From contig OY969474.1 in NCBI GenBank assembly GCA_963700145.1, positions 4,128,001-4,192,000 on the forward strand: a DNA stretch of 64,000 nucleotides, in the 5' to 3' direction. Each line of letters opens with the position of its first letter. The stretch's first letter is position 1. A program made the position numbers and the translations under genes. This document shows positions 21,626-33,406 of this stretch, one piece after another. Under the pieces are notes generated by a model. The model made no database searches and had not been told where the DNA came from. It was given only the letters and a program-made list of their open reading frames with translations. Source of the stretch: an uncultured Acidobacteriota bacterium (GTDB lineage Bacteria > Acidobacteriota > Thermoanaerobaculia > Multivoradales > UBA5704).

Positions 21626-22834
21626 TCAGCCGACCGCGGCCGGCCGCTCCCACAGCTCGCGCACCGCCTCGCGCACCCGGTGGCAGAGCGGCTGCGGCGT
21701 GTAGACGCGGTAGCGGTCGATGCGCGCCAGGTGGCGGATGAACTGCGAGGCCTCCTCCAGCGGCTCGAGCGCGCCGTCGAAGCGGCGCACCAGGACGCGG
21801 CTCTCGCCGAGCCGGTGGGAGTCCTTGGCGGAGTTCGAGACCAGCAGGTTGCCGGCGCCGAAGCGCTCGCGCAGCTCCGGCAGCAGCGCCTCGAAGCGGG
21901 CCTTCTCCTCCGGCGCCAGGTGCTCGCGGGTCTCGAAGGCGAGCGGGAAGGCGTCGCGCTCGACGACGGCGCGCGCGTGCACCGAGCCGGAGCGGCGCAT
22001 CCGCCAGAGCACCGCGACGTCGTCCTCGGCGAGGAAGCGCTCGGGGTCGGCCGGCCAGCGCACCCCCTCCTCGGCGAGCCAGGCGGTCAGGTGGAGCTCC
22101 AGCGCTTTGCCGGTCAGGTTGAAGTACACCTGCGTAAACATGTAGTAGCGCGCCATGACCAGCGCCTCGACCGCGTGGACGCCGCCCTCCTCGAGGCCGA
22201 TCCCCCACTCGCCGCTCGCCGGGTCCTCGACCGGGATCAGCGTGTCAAGCAGGCGCTCCAGGTCGTAGCTGCCGTAGCGGACGCCGCAGTAGAGGCTGTC
22301 GCGCAGCAGGTAATCCATCTTGTCGACGTCCATCTCGCCGGAGACGACCTGCGCGAGCAGGCGCTCGACCGGTCCCTCGCCGCCGGCGAGCAGGCGGGCG
22401 ACGTCGGCGGTCGCCAGGCCGCGGCCGTGCCGCGCGAAGATCTCCTCCATCTCGGGCAGCGCGAGGAGGCGCAGCGTCATCGCCTCGTGGTCGAGCCCGT
22501 GCTCGAAGAGCTCCTCGGCGGAGTGGCTGAACGGGGCGTGGCCGAGGTCGTGGAGGAGAGCGGCGGCGCGCACCAGGCGGCGCTCGCGCGCGTCGCGGGC
22601 GGCGGGCAGCAGTCCCTCCCCCTTGGCGGCGAGCGCGTCGTAGACCCGCCCGGCGAGATGCATGGCGCCGAGGACGTGGCTGAAGCGGCTGTGCTCGGCG
22701 CCGGGGAAGACGAGGAAGGTCAGGCCGAGCTGGTGGATCGAGCGCAGCCGCTGCACCGCGCGGCTCCCCACCAGCGCCGCCTCCAGCGGATCGGCGCGCA
22801 CGAAGCCGTGGACCGGATCGCGGAGGGAGAGCAC
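21626..22834 (-). CDS. HD-domain phosphohydrolase (SAMHD1/dNTP triphosphohydrolase-like)
   Basis: RDPVHG, QRLRSIHQLG, HSRFSHVLG, LLHDLGHAPFSH, DVDKMDYLLRD. Confidence 0.92.
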   Translation of the reverse strand: MLSLRDPVHGFVRADPLEAALVGSRAVQRLRSIHQLGLTFLVFPGAEHSRFSHVLGAMHLAGRVYDALAAKGEGLLPAARDARERRLVRAAALLHDLGHAPFSHSAEELFEHGLDHEAMTLRLLALPEMEEIFARHGRGLATADVARLLAGGEGPVERLLAQVVSGEMDVDKMDYLLRDSLYCGVRYGSYDLERLLDTLIPVEDPASGEWGIGLEEGGVHAVEALVMARYYMFTQVYFNLTGKALELHLTAWLAEEGVRWPADPERFLAEDDVAVLWRMRRSGSVHARAVVERDAFPLAFETREHLAPEEKARFEALLPELRERFGAGNLLVSNSAKDSHRLGESRVLVRRFDGALEPLEEASQFIRHLARIDRYRVYTPQPLCHRVREAVRELWERPAAVG

Positions 22835-22905
22835 GCGGGGAGTCTACCGGGGCGGCGGGCTGCCGCAGAGGCCGGTCGAGGGAGTGCCGGGAGCGCTTCC
22901 GCGGC

Positions 22906-23094
22906 CGCCGCGGCGAATCCCGCGGCGCCCGGCGGATTTCCCCCGCCCGCTGCAGCATGTCCCGCAACGCCCGCGGCATTATCCGCAAACGCCGTGGTGT
23001 GTACCGCCGCCGGAAAAATGTGTATCGCCGCCGCCGCGGCATTTCCCGGAACGCCCGCGGCATCTCCCCCGGCCGCCGCGGTATTTCCCCGAGG
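22906..23094. repeat. Degenerate 21-bp tandem array A (~9 units)
   Basis: Units such as gccgcggcatttcccggaacg / cccgcggcatctcccccggcc / gccgcggtatttccccgaggt in 21-bp phase. Confidence 0.75.
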
Positions 23095-23278
23095 TGCCCT
23101 AGGAAGCGACTTCTCGCCCCGCAAGTGCCTTAGATCATGAGACTTGCCTACACGCGCCGGGGATCCGGGTGACCGGTGTTGGGCAGAGGTGGCGCCGCAG
23201 TCCTTCGGCCTGATCGCCGTCCGGCTCAAAGTCGTCGCCGCTCATCGGGTACGTCGAGGCCGCCGTCCCACCAGTCCT

Positions 23279-23430
23279 GAGCGCTTGCACGCCTCGCCCC
23301 GGCCAAGTGCATGGCGCCGAGTTCATGGCGTGGTGGCTGCGCACGGCGGCGCGGACAAGGTAAGTCAGGCGAAGCTCGTGGATGGAGCGTAGCGGCTGCA
23401 CCGCCCGGCTGCCATCGACACCGCTCCACA
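23279..23430 (-). pseudogene. Decayed, diverged fragment of the 5' part of an HD-domain gene
   Basis: Aligns with 22631-22785 (46/56 identical in the core by manual count); translates VQPLRSIHELRLTYLV and, in another frame, HELGAMHLAG. Confidence 0.85.
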
Positions 23431-23441
23431 GGTGGCGCTGT

Positions 23442-23450
23442 TGTTACACT
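23442..23450 (+). promoter_or_regulatory. Putative extended -10 promoter for the RT
   Basis: TGtTACACT about 105 nt upstream of the RT ATG. Confidence 0.4.
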
Positions 23451-23556
23451 AGCCACTGCGGCCGAGGAACGGGACTTCGCTACTGGTCAAAGGCCGGAGA
23501 TACATGCCAACACGGATGGGTTCAGCCTATAGACAGCCACACGAGGCGGCACCTGC

Positions 23557-25128
23557 ATGCCAGTGACCGCTCGTACGATCCTCCGGAGACTGCTTACTAC
23601 TGGGTACTTCCCGCGAGAGCTTCCTCCTACCTTTTCCACGCGCCGCTACGGACTGATCGTGTCGCGCCTATGGAATTCCAGACCAGGTCCCTTTACTTCG
23701 ACTCGAACCACAGCGTCGCCCGCCAAGCACAGCCTGGTCCGCAGCGGACCGCTTCGCCGGCAACTGTCGATACCGAACCCAATCCTCTTCCCGCAGGCAT
23801 GCGATGAGGTCGCGAGTCATTGGGCGACCCTGGAGGCGGCGGCGATGGGGTCTCCATTTACCAGGAGCCGACCAGTCCTTCATAGTAAGGGCGCACGATG
23901 CTTTCTCCCGCTGGTTCCTCGCCAGGGTGATCTAGTTCCTTACAAGGCCGCCGCACGAGCCGGAGCGCGCGTATTAGTTTCCACCGATATCGCTAGATTC
24001 TATGCCTCCATCTATACTCATAGCGTGCCGTGGGCTTTGCACGGCAAGGCTCTTGCGAAGAAGAAGCAACGTGACTACTCGCTCCTAGGCAATCGATTGG
24101 ATAGAGCTCTTCGATTGATGTCGGCCGGCCAGACTATCGGCATTCCTATCGGCCCCGACATCTCCCTCGTAATCGCCGAGACCCTACTGGCGGATGTAGA
24201 CAGGCAGCTCTCGGCGCAGTTTCCTCATGTACAGTTTCTCCGCTACGTCGACGAGTATGAAATTGCCGCAAGGAACCACGAGGAAGCTCAGGCTGCCATT
24301 GCGCAACTCCAACAACTCTTAGCGGGCTTCGAGTTGGAGCTAAATGCGCTAAAGACCTCGCTTCAGACGCTCCCTTGCCGCATCGAACTCCCTTGGGTAT
24401 CTGATCTCCGCTCCCGAAGGATTCGAGCAGCAGTGCCGGCTCAAGCCACGGATCTTGTTGCACTGTTCGATGAGGCGTTCGCCTATGCGCAGAAGCAGCC
24501 AGAGGCACCGGTACTGCGCTACTTAATGGGCAGACTGAAGAATCAACGAGTCGAGCTGCAGAATTGGCGCCTCTACCAGAACCTTCTCCTGCAGTGCATG
24601 ACGGTTGAGCCTGCCACGATTCAGGGCGCGATGACGACTTTGCTTCCACATCTAGAGAACAACTTCGGACTTGAGCGGGGCGCTTTTCTGCGGACGCTGA
24701 ACGGCATCATTGAATACCATGGCCTGCTGGGCCATGGCAATGAGGTCTCTTGGGCTTTATGGAGTCTCATGACCTTGGACCTGAGGATATCGAGGTCGGC
24801 GGTTCGCGCGCTCGAAAAGATGACGGACCCTGCTGTTACCTTATTAGCACTGCATGCGGAGAGCTTAGGGTTGCTTGAGGACCCCCTCGATAAACAGAGT
24901 TGGGTTGCACTGGCAAAGAGAGAGTCTTTGTACGACGAGAACTGGTTGTTGGTGTACGAAGGCGTCAAGAAGGGTTGGTTGCCGACAAATTCGGCTTTCG
25001 TTGAAGCGGATCCTGGATTTGGCTTTCTTTGGCGCCAGGGCGTGGTCTTCTACGACACAGCCGCGATCTTACAACCGAAACCAACAGGAGTTCCGCCCAG
25101 CATCGGAATCGCTCCGAGTTTTTACTGA
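23557..25128 (+). CDS. Reverse transcriptase, UG/Abi (DRT-like) class, with C-terminal helical domain; catalytic motif YVDE
   Basis: GYFPRELPP, RRQLSIPNP, TDIARFYASIYTHSVPWALHGK, QTIGIPIGPDIS, RYVDEY, LELNALKT; visibly lower GC than its flanks. Confidence 0.92.
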   Translation: MPVTARTILRRLLTTGYFPRELPPTFSTRRYGLIVSRLWNSRPGPFTSTRTTASPAKHSLVRSGPLRRQLSIPNPILFPQACDEVASHWATLEAAAMGSPFTRSRPVLHSKGARCFLPLVPRQGDLVPYKAAARAGARVLVSTDIARFYASIYTHSVPWALHGKALAKKKQRDYSLLGNRLDRALRLMSAGQTIGIPIGPDISLVIAETLLADVDRQLSAQFPHVQFLRYVDEYEIAARNHEEAQAAIAQLQQLLAGFELELNALKTSLQTLPCRIELPWVSDLRSRRIRAAVPAQATDLVALFDEAFAYAQKQPEAPVLRYLMGRLKNQRVELQNWRLYQNLLLQCMTVEPATIQGAMTTLLPHLENNFGLERGAFLRTLNGIIEYHGLLGHGNEVSWALWSLMTLDLRISRSAVRALEKMTDPAVTLLALHAESLGLLEDPLDKQSWVALAKRESLYDENWLLVYEGVKKGWLPTNSAFVEADPGFGFLWRQGVVFYDTAAILQPKPTGVPPSIGIAPSFY

Positions 25129-25265
25129 CAGCTGAGTGGCACTGGCGACTCGGTAACGGCCTCCAAGGAATCCAGAAGCTCGTCCCGCCTGATGCCAGAG
25201 GTGCTCAGCAAAGAGATCCGTTCCATTAAGCGGATTGCGGTCGCCGACCGTTGACCGGCCGAGAA

Positions 25266-25961
25266 TCAGTTCTGGTCGGACTTGCCGGCCAGGTGCCGGT
25301 AGGGGCTGAGGAGGTCGACGACCTGGCGGCGGCCGCGGAGGATGGCGAGGAGTGTCAAGGCGCGCTCGGGGACGGCCTCGGTCAGCAGGTGGAGCTTGCG
25401 CAGCACCGGCAGGTCGAGCTCGACGGCGATGCGGTTGACCGTCTCCTCGAAGCCGCAGCGGCCGGCCATGTCTTCGAGCTCCTCGCCACTGAGCGGGAAG
25501 CTCTCGCCGAGGTCCTCGGCGAGGGAGTGGGCGAGCGAGAGGACGGCGCCGCGCACCACCTGAAGCCCGGCGTCCTCCTCGTTGAGCGGGGGATCGAAGA
25601 CCGGGCGCACCACGCCGTGCCGCACCGGCTCCCCTCCGGCCTCGGCGGTGACCTGGAAGCGGAACTCGCCGTAGAGCAGGACGTTGATGCGGCCGTTGGC
25701 GAGGAACTCGACGTCCTCGAGGCGCCCCGCGGTGCCGCCGGGGAAGATCTCCGGCGGGTCGCTCGCCACCCGGCCCTGCGGCGGCTTGAGCAGCACGATC
25801 CCGACGCGCCGCGACTCCTCGTCGCCGTCCACCAGCTCGCGCAGCAGGCGGCGGTAGCGCGGCTCCTCGATGTGCAGCCGCAGGTGCGTGCGCGGGAAGT
25901 GGACGACGTCGGGCAGCGGGAACAGCGGGAGGCGGGTGCCGGCGCTCGGGACCTCGCTCAT
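25266..25961 (-). CDS. LON peptidase substrate-binding domain protein
   Basis: LPLFPLPDVVHFPRTHLRLHIEEPRYRRL. Confidence 0.88.
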   Translation of the reverse strand: MSEVPSAGTRLPLFPLPDVVHFPRTHLRLHIEEPRYRRLLRELVDGDEESRRVGIVLLKPPQGRVASDPPEIFPGGTAGRLEDVEFLANGRINVLLYGEFRFQVTAEAGGEPVRHGVVRPVFDPPLNEEDAGLQVVRGAVLSLAHSLAEDLGESFPLSGEELEDMAGRCGFEETVNRIAVELDLPVLRKLHLLTEAVPERALTLLAILRGRRQVVDLLSPYRHLAGKSDQN

Positions 25962-25995
25962 GGACCTCCAACATAGCAGGCGACATGCCAGGAGC

Positions 25996-26880
25996 GTGAG
26001 ACAATCCGCGGCCGTGCGTCGCACCGCCGTAGCCGCCGCCCTGCTCCTCGCGATCGCCGCTCCGGCCGCCGCCGACGACTTCGACGCGGCGATGGCGAGC
26101 GGCGCGGCGGCGTGGACCCGCCGCGCCCAGGGGCACCGCGGCAGCCGCGCCCAGCCAGCGGCGATCGAGCAGGCCGTCGCCGCCTACGAGCGGGCGGTGG
26201 CGGCCCGTCCCGGCGACGTCGCCGCCCGCTCGCGCCTGCTCCAGGCCCTCCACTTTCGCGGCGAGCACGCCGCCCCCGACCGCGACGCCCGGCGCCGCGC
26301 CTTCGAGCGCGGCCGCGAGATCGCCGAGGCCGGGCTCGACCGCCTCGCCGTCCCGTCGGGAGGGCGTGCGCGCCTCGACAAGATGACGCCGGCCGCCGCG
26401 GCCCACGCGCTCGCCGGCACCGCCGGCGCCGCCGACCTCCATCTCTGGGCGGCGGTCCACTGGGGGCTCTGGGGGGACGCCTTCGGCCGCCTCGCCGCGG
26501 CGCGCCAGGGGGTGGGCGACAAGGTGCGCCGCTACGCGGAGATCGTCGTCGCGCTCGACGAGCGGCACGAGGCCGGCGGCGGCCACCGCGTTCTCGGCCG
26601 CCTCCACGCGCTGGCGCCGAAGGTGCCGCTGGTCACCGGCTGGGTGGACCGCGAGAAGGCGGTCGCGCACCTGCGGCGGGCGGTGGCGCTGGGCCCCGAG
26701 GAGCCGTACAACCAGCTCTTCCTCGCCGAGGCGCTGCTCGAGCACCAGCCGGCGAAGAAGGCCGAGGCCGTCGCCATCCTCCGCCGACTGGTCCAGGCGC
26801 CGCCGCCCGCCGACCGCGCCGTCGAGGTCGAAAAGGTGCGCGAGGACGCCCGCGCGCTGCTGCAGCAGCACGGAGGTTAG
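25996..26880 (+). CDS. Exported TPR-like helical protein (start uncertain)
   Basis: Signal peptide, helical repeats, GGGHRVLGRLHALAP. Confidence 0.7.
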   Translation: MRQSAAVRRTAVAAALLLAIAAPAAADDFDAAMASGAAAWTRRAQGHRGSRAQPAAIEQAVAAYERAVAARPGDVAARSRLLQALHFRGEHAAPDRDARRRAFERGREIAEAGLDRLAVPSGGRARLDKMTPAAAAHALAGTAGAADLHLWAAVHWGLWGDAFGRLAAARQGVGDKVRRYAEIVVALDERHEAGGGHRVLGRLHALAPKVPLVTGWVDREKAVAHLRRAVALGPEEPYNQLFLAEALLEHQPAKKAEAVAILRRLVQAPPPADRAVEVEKVREDARALLQQHGG

Positions 26881-26882
26881 GA

Positions 26883-27896
26883 ATGCTCGCCCTGCTCGTC
26901 CTCCTCATGGCCACGCCGCCGGAGGCGCCGACCGAGATCACGCTCACCCCTCCCGCCGCGGCGCCGGTCGAGGCGCCCACCGCGCCCGCGGCCTTGCCGG
27001 TCGAAGAGCTGCGCGCCCGCTTCGCCGCCCTGCTCAGCGCGGCCCGCGCCGCGACCGGGCTGGCGCCCCTGGCGCCCGATCCCGCCCTCGACCAGGTGGC
27101 CCAGCGCCACGCCGACGACATGGCCGCGCAGGGCTACTTCGGCTTCACCAGCCCAACCGGCGGCAACGTGGACCAGTGGGTGAACGAGGCCGGCTATCTC
27201 GCGGCGCTGGTCGGCGAGAAGCTGGCGCAGGCCCCGCTCGCCCGCACCGCCGAAGAGCTCGTCGCGGGCTGGGACGCGGAGCGGGAGAAGAACGCCGGGA
27301 GCCTCTTCCACCCCGAAGCGCGCCACCTCGGCGTCGGCATCGCCGCGCGCGGCGAGCAGGTCACCTACGCCCTGGTCCTGGGACGCGCGGCGGGCGAAGC
27401 GGCGGCCAGCGCGTTGGACGCCAGGCTCGCCGACCGCGCGCCGGCGCGGGCGGAGTACCTGGCGCGGGTCAACTCGATCCGGACCGAACTGGGCCTCCTG
27501 CCGCTGCAGCACGATCCGGCGCTCGACCGGCCGGCGCAGGAGCACGCCGACGCCCTGCTCGCCGCCCTGCGGCGCGGCGATGCGCCGGAGTCGATCGAGC
27601 GCCTCGCCGACCGCGTGCAGGCGGCGCAGGCGGGCATCGGCAGCTATCGCGGCGTCGAGCGCGACACGTACTGGGGCGTCGGCAAGGGGCGCATCGAGCC
27701 GAAGATGGCCTCGCTCGGCAGCAGCATCGTGCTCGACGCCGCCTCGGCGACCGACGCGGTCGCGGCCACCTTCGCCCTGGAGCCGACGCCCGACCTGCGC
27801 GAGGCGGGCTACCGCCGCCTCGGCCTCGGCGTCGCCCACGGCGAGGTGGCCGGCCGCCCGCGCACCGTCTGGGTGGCGGTCCTGCTGCGCCGCTAG
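26883..27896 (+). CDS. CAP/SCP domain protein (two CAP-like domains)
   Basis: LDQVAQRHADDMAAQGYFGF..HLGVGIA, and a second copy LDRPAQEHAD..RLGLGVA. Confidence 0.8.
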   Translation: MLALLVLLMATPPEAPTEITLTPPAAAPVEAPTAPAALPVEELRARFAALLSAARAATGLAPLAPDPALDQVAQRHADDMAAQGYFGFTSPTGGNVDQWVNEAGYLAALVGEKLAQAPLARTAEELVAGWDAEREKNAGSLFHPEARHLGVGIAARGEQVTYALVLGRAAGEAAASALDARLADRAPARAEYLARVNSIRTELGLLPLQHDPALDRPAQEHADALLAALRRGDAPESIERLADRVQAAQAGIGSYRGVERDTYWGVGKGRIEPKMASLGSSIVLDAASATDAVAATFALEPTPDLREAGYRRLGLGVAHGEVAGRPRTVWVAVLLRR

Positions 27897-27905
27897 GGCC
27901 GCGCC

Positions 27906-28667
27906 TCAGGGCACCGGCAGCGCCGGCAGCGGCGGCAGCGGCTGGGCGGAGACGGCCTGCGAGACCGCCATCGCCTGCGCCAGGACGACGGCGGCGAGGA
28001 GCGTCGCGCCGGCGAGCGCCGGGACGCGGAAGCGCCGCGGCAGGAACGGCGCGGCGGCGAAGAGCACCGCCGCCGCGGCCTGTGTGAAAACGCTCCCCGC
28101 CGCCCAGAGCGGACCGCTCACTTCAGGCGGCAGGAGCCAGGTGTAGAGCGCCACCGCCGCGCCGGCGGCGGGCGCGGCGAGCGGGCGGTGCGGCACCGCG
28201 ATCTCGCCGGCGCCGAGCGCGACGAGCAGGCGCGCGGCCGCGGCGAGCGCTACCGCGGCGACACCGCCGGCCGGCCCTTCTCCCACCCGCAGCAGCTCGC
28301 CGGTCCAGCAGGCGGCAGCGAGGAGCGCCGCGCCGAAGACGCCCTGGATGCGCCAGGCCGCCGGCGGCAGCCGCCGCCAGCCGAGGAGCGCGAGGAGATC
28401 CACCGCCAGGAGCGCCGGGAGGAGCACCGCGAGGGCCCGTCCGCCCCGCCCGGCGAGGAGCGGCAGGAGGCCGGCGGCGAGCGCGGCGTCGGGGTGGAGG
28501 CGGGCATGGAGGAGCGCGGCGAGCGCGCCGCCGAGAAGCAGCGGCAGCGCGACCAGACGCCAGCGCTCGCGCGCCGCCGGATCGCCGGCCGCGCTCCAGG
28601 GCGCCATGGCGTGCGCGCCGAGCGCCGCCAGGAGGAGGGCCAGGAGGAGCGGGTCGAGGACGCTCAC
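27906..28667 (-). CDS. Hypothetical membrane protein
   Basis: Multiple hydrophobic segments; GTGA overlap with the folK stop. Confidence 0.6.
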   Translation of the reverse strand: MSVLDPLLLALLLAALGAHAMAPWSAAGDPAARERWRLVALPLLLGGALAALLHARLHPDAALAAGLLPLLAGRGGRALAVLLPALLAVDLLALLGWRRLPPAAWRIQGVFGAALLAAACWTGELLRVGEGPAGGVAAVALAAAARLLVALGAGEIAVPHRPLAAPAAGAAVALYTWLLPPEVSGPLWAAGSVFTQAAAAVLFAAAPFLPRRFRVPALAGATLLAAVVLAQAMAVSQAVSAQPLPPLPALPVP

Positions 28668-29202
28668 TCCGGCCGCCAGCTTTCCCCCGTCCAGGTCCCC
28701 ACCCGCTCCACCCGCTCCCCGGGCGGCAGGCGTGCCAGCAGCTCGGCCACGCGCGCGCCGTCGGGCGGCACCGCCAGCTCCGGCGCGATCGCCGCCAGCG
28801 GCGCCAGCGCGAAGCGCCGCTCGCGCAGGCGCGGATGGGGGAGCACGAGCTCGGGAGAGGCGGAGAGCGCGGCGCCGCAGAGGAGGAGGTCGACGTCGAG
28901 CGGCCGCGCGGTGTGGCGCGGGCCGGCGCGCCGGCCCGCCGCGCGCTCGAGGGCCTTGGCGATCGCCAGGAGCGCGGCGGGCGGCAGCGCGGTGCGGGCG
29001 AGGACGGCGGTGTTGAGGAAGTCGGGTTGCGGCGCGCCGCCGGCGGGGACGACGGCGGCGGTGCGGTAGAGCGGGGCGACGGTCAGCGGCCCGAGCGTCG
29101 CGGCGAGGCGGGCGAGGGCGCGGCGGAGGGTGTCTTCGACCGGCCCCTCGTTGCCTCCCAGCCCGAAGGCGGCGAGGCCGGCGTCGCCCTCCGGCTCCTC
29201 AC
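28664..29202 (-). CDS. folK: 2-amino-4-hydroxy-6-hydroxymethyldihydropteridine diphosphokinase (no in-frame canonical start)
   Basis: [39 protein letters not shown] in one frame; nearest GTG (29202) is out of frame. Confidence 0.85.
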
Positions 29203-29510
29203 TCCTCGTCGTCGACCTCCTCCTCTTCCGCCTCTTCGACGACGGGCGTGCCGAGGTCGGCCCCTTCGAGCTCGGCCTCCAGGACCTCCATGGTCTCGGT
29301 GCTCTCCTCCTCCTCCTCGACCGGGACGCGCACCACCTCCACCTTTTTCTTCCGCCGCGCCGCCTGGGTGGCGGCCGCCGACTCCTGGTGCGCCGCGTCC
29401 TTCTGGTCGGCGCCGCACTTCGGGCAGAGGGCGCTCGACTTGCCCAAGTCGTAGAACTTGGTGCCGCAACGGAAGCACTCGAACTTGTTTCCCAGCTTCA
29501 GCTCAGCCAT
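29199..29510 (-). CDS. FYDLN acid domain-containing protein (TIGR02300-like)
   Basis: [24 protein letters not shown] followed by an acidic tail. Confidence 0.88.
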   Translation of the reverse strand: MAELKLGNKFECFRCGTKFYDLGKSSALCPKCGADQKDAAHQESAAATQAARRKKKVEVVRVPVEEEEESTETMEVLEAELEGADLGTPVVEEAEEEEVDDEE

Positions 29511-29632
29511 CGCCATCGCTGCCCTCCGGTTCCGCGAAAATCGGTCGGCGAAGGTAACACCCGCCCCCTGGGCTGTCAACGCGCGGCGCCCTGCGGTACG
29601 ATGCCCGTTCCGTCCGCAGGAGCCCCCACGCC

Positions 29633-30375
29633 ATGAGACGTCTCCACTCGCTGTCTTCCGCCCCCGCTCTGGCGCTGCTCGCGCTGCTCGCGATCCTGTC
29701 GCCCGCCGCGGCGCAGGGCGGGAAGACGATCCCCGATCCGCGCGCCCCCGGGCTCCCGGCCGACCAGCGCCTCAAGACGCTGATCGACCGCGTCAAGCTC
29801 GAGCAGAAGAAGCTGCGCACCCTCGAGGCGCGGTTCGTCCAGCGCCAGGAGAGCTCGATGCTCCTCCAGCCCGAGGAATCGCAGGGCACCTTCTCCTACG
29901 CCGCGCCCGACCGGGTGCGCTGGGAGTACACCTCGCCGAACCCGATCTCGATCGTCATCCAGGGCGACCAGATGACGACCTGGTACCGCGACCTCAACCG
30001 CGCCGACAAGCTGAAGGTCGGCCGCTACTCGAACCGGGTCTTCGAGTACCTCGGCGCCAAGGGCTCGATGGACCAGCTCAAGGAGTACTTCACCGTCTAC
30101 CTCACCACCCCGGGCAAGCGCGGCAACCCGTTCAAGCTCCGCCTCGACCCGCGCTTCGCGCGCATCAAGAAGCGCATCAAGCAGATGGAGATCTGGATCG
30201 ACGACTCCACCTACCTGCCGGTGCGGCTGCGCTACGTCGAGGCCGACGGCGACGTCACCGAGTACGAGTTCCGCGACGTCAAGATCAACGCCGAGATCCC
30301 GCCCGAGCGCTTCGTGCTCAAGCTGCCCAAGGGCGTGCAGGTGCGGACGATCGAGGTGGGGCGGGAGTCCAAGGG

Positions 30376-30379
<4 letters not shown>
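29633..30379 (+). CDS. lolA: LolA-like outer-membrane lipoprotein carrier
   Basis: Signal peptide; [22 protein letters not shown]; [10 protein letters not shown]. Confidence 0.8.
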
Positions 30380-31493
<1,114 letters not shown>

Positions 31494-31497
<4 letters not shown>

Positions 31498-31825
31498 ACG
31501 TATACGACCTTCTCGTCTCCCCCCTGGCCTTCCAGGGGTCGCCCCCGGCGCAGAGCCCCTGGCTGGGGCTGGTGCCGATGATCGCGATCTTCGCGATCTT
31601 CTACCTCCTGCTGGTGGCGCCGATGCGCAAGAAGCAGCGCGCGCTGCAGCAGACGGTCGAGGCGCTGAAGCGCGGTGACAAGGTCGTCACCAACGGCGGC
31701 ATCTACGGCGAGATCGCCGGCATCGAGGGCAACGTCATCCTGCTCAAGGTGGCCGACAACGTCCGCCTGCGGGTGGCCAAGTCGGCGATCGCCGGCCTCG
31801 AGGAGCGTAAGGAAGAGGTGAGCTC

Positions 31826-31829
<4 letters not shown>
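31494..31829 (+). CDS. yajC: Preprotein translocase subunit YajC
   Basis: IFYLLLVAPMRKKQ..LKRGDKVVTNGGIYG; tgt-yajC-secD synteny. Confidence 0.95.
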
Positions 31830-33397
<1,568 letters not shown>

Positions 33398-33406
33398 GAG
33401 CCGACG

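Noticed and set aside
22631-25128. Diversity-generating retroelement (RT + template repeat + variable repeat in the HD gene)
   Set aside because: Mismatches between the two copies are not adenine-specific on either strand and include indels. The match is at the 5' end of the gene, there is no Avd, and the RT motifs are UG/Abi-like rather than DGR-like.
23100-25250. Retron or group II intron
   Set aside because: No VTG retron motif, no a1/a2 inverted repeats or effector seen; no YADD, maturase or domain V hairpin.
25130-25250. Possible HicA-like toxin tail on the minus strand (LLSTSGIRRDELLDSL)
   Set aside because: Too short and weak, with no N-terminal HicA motif.
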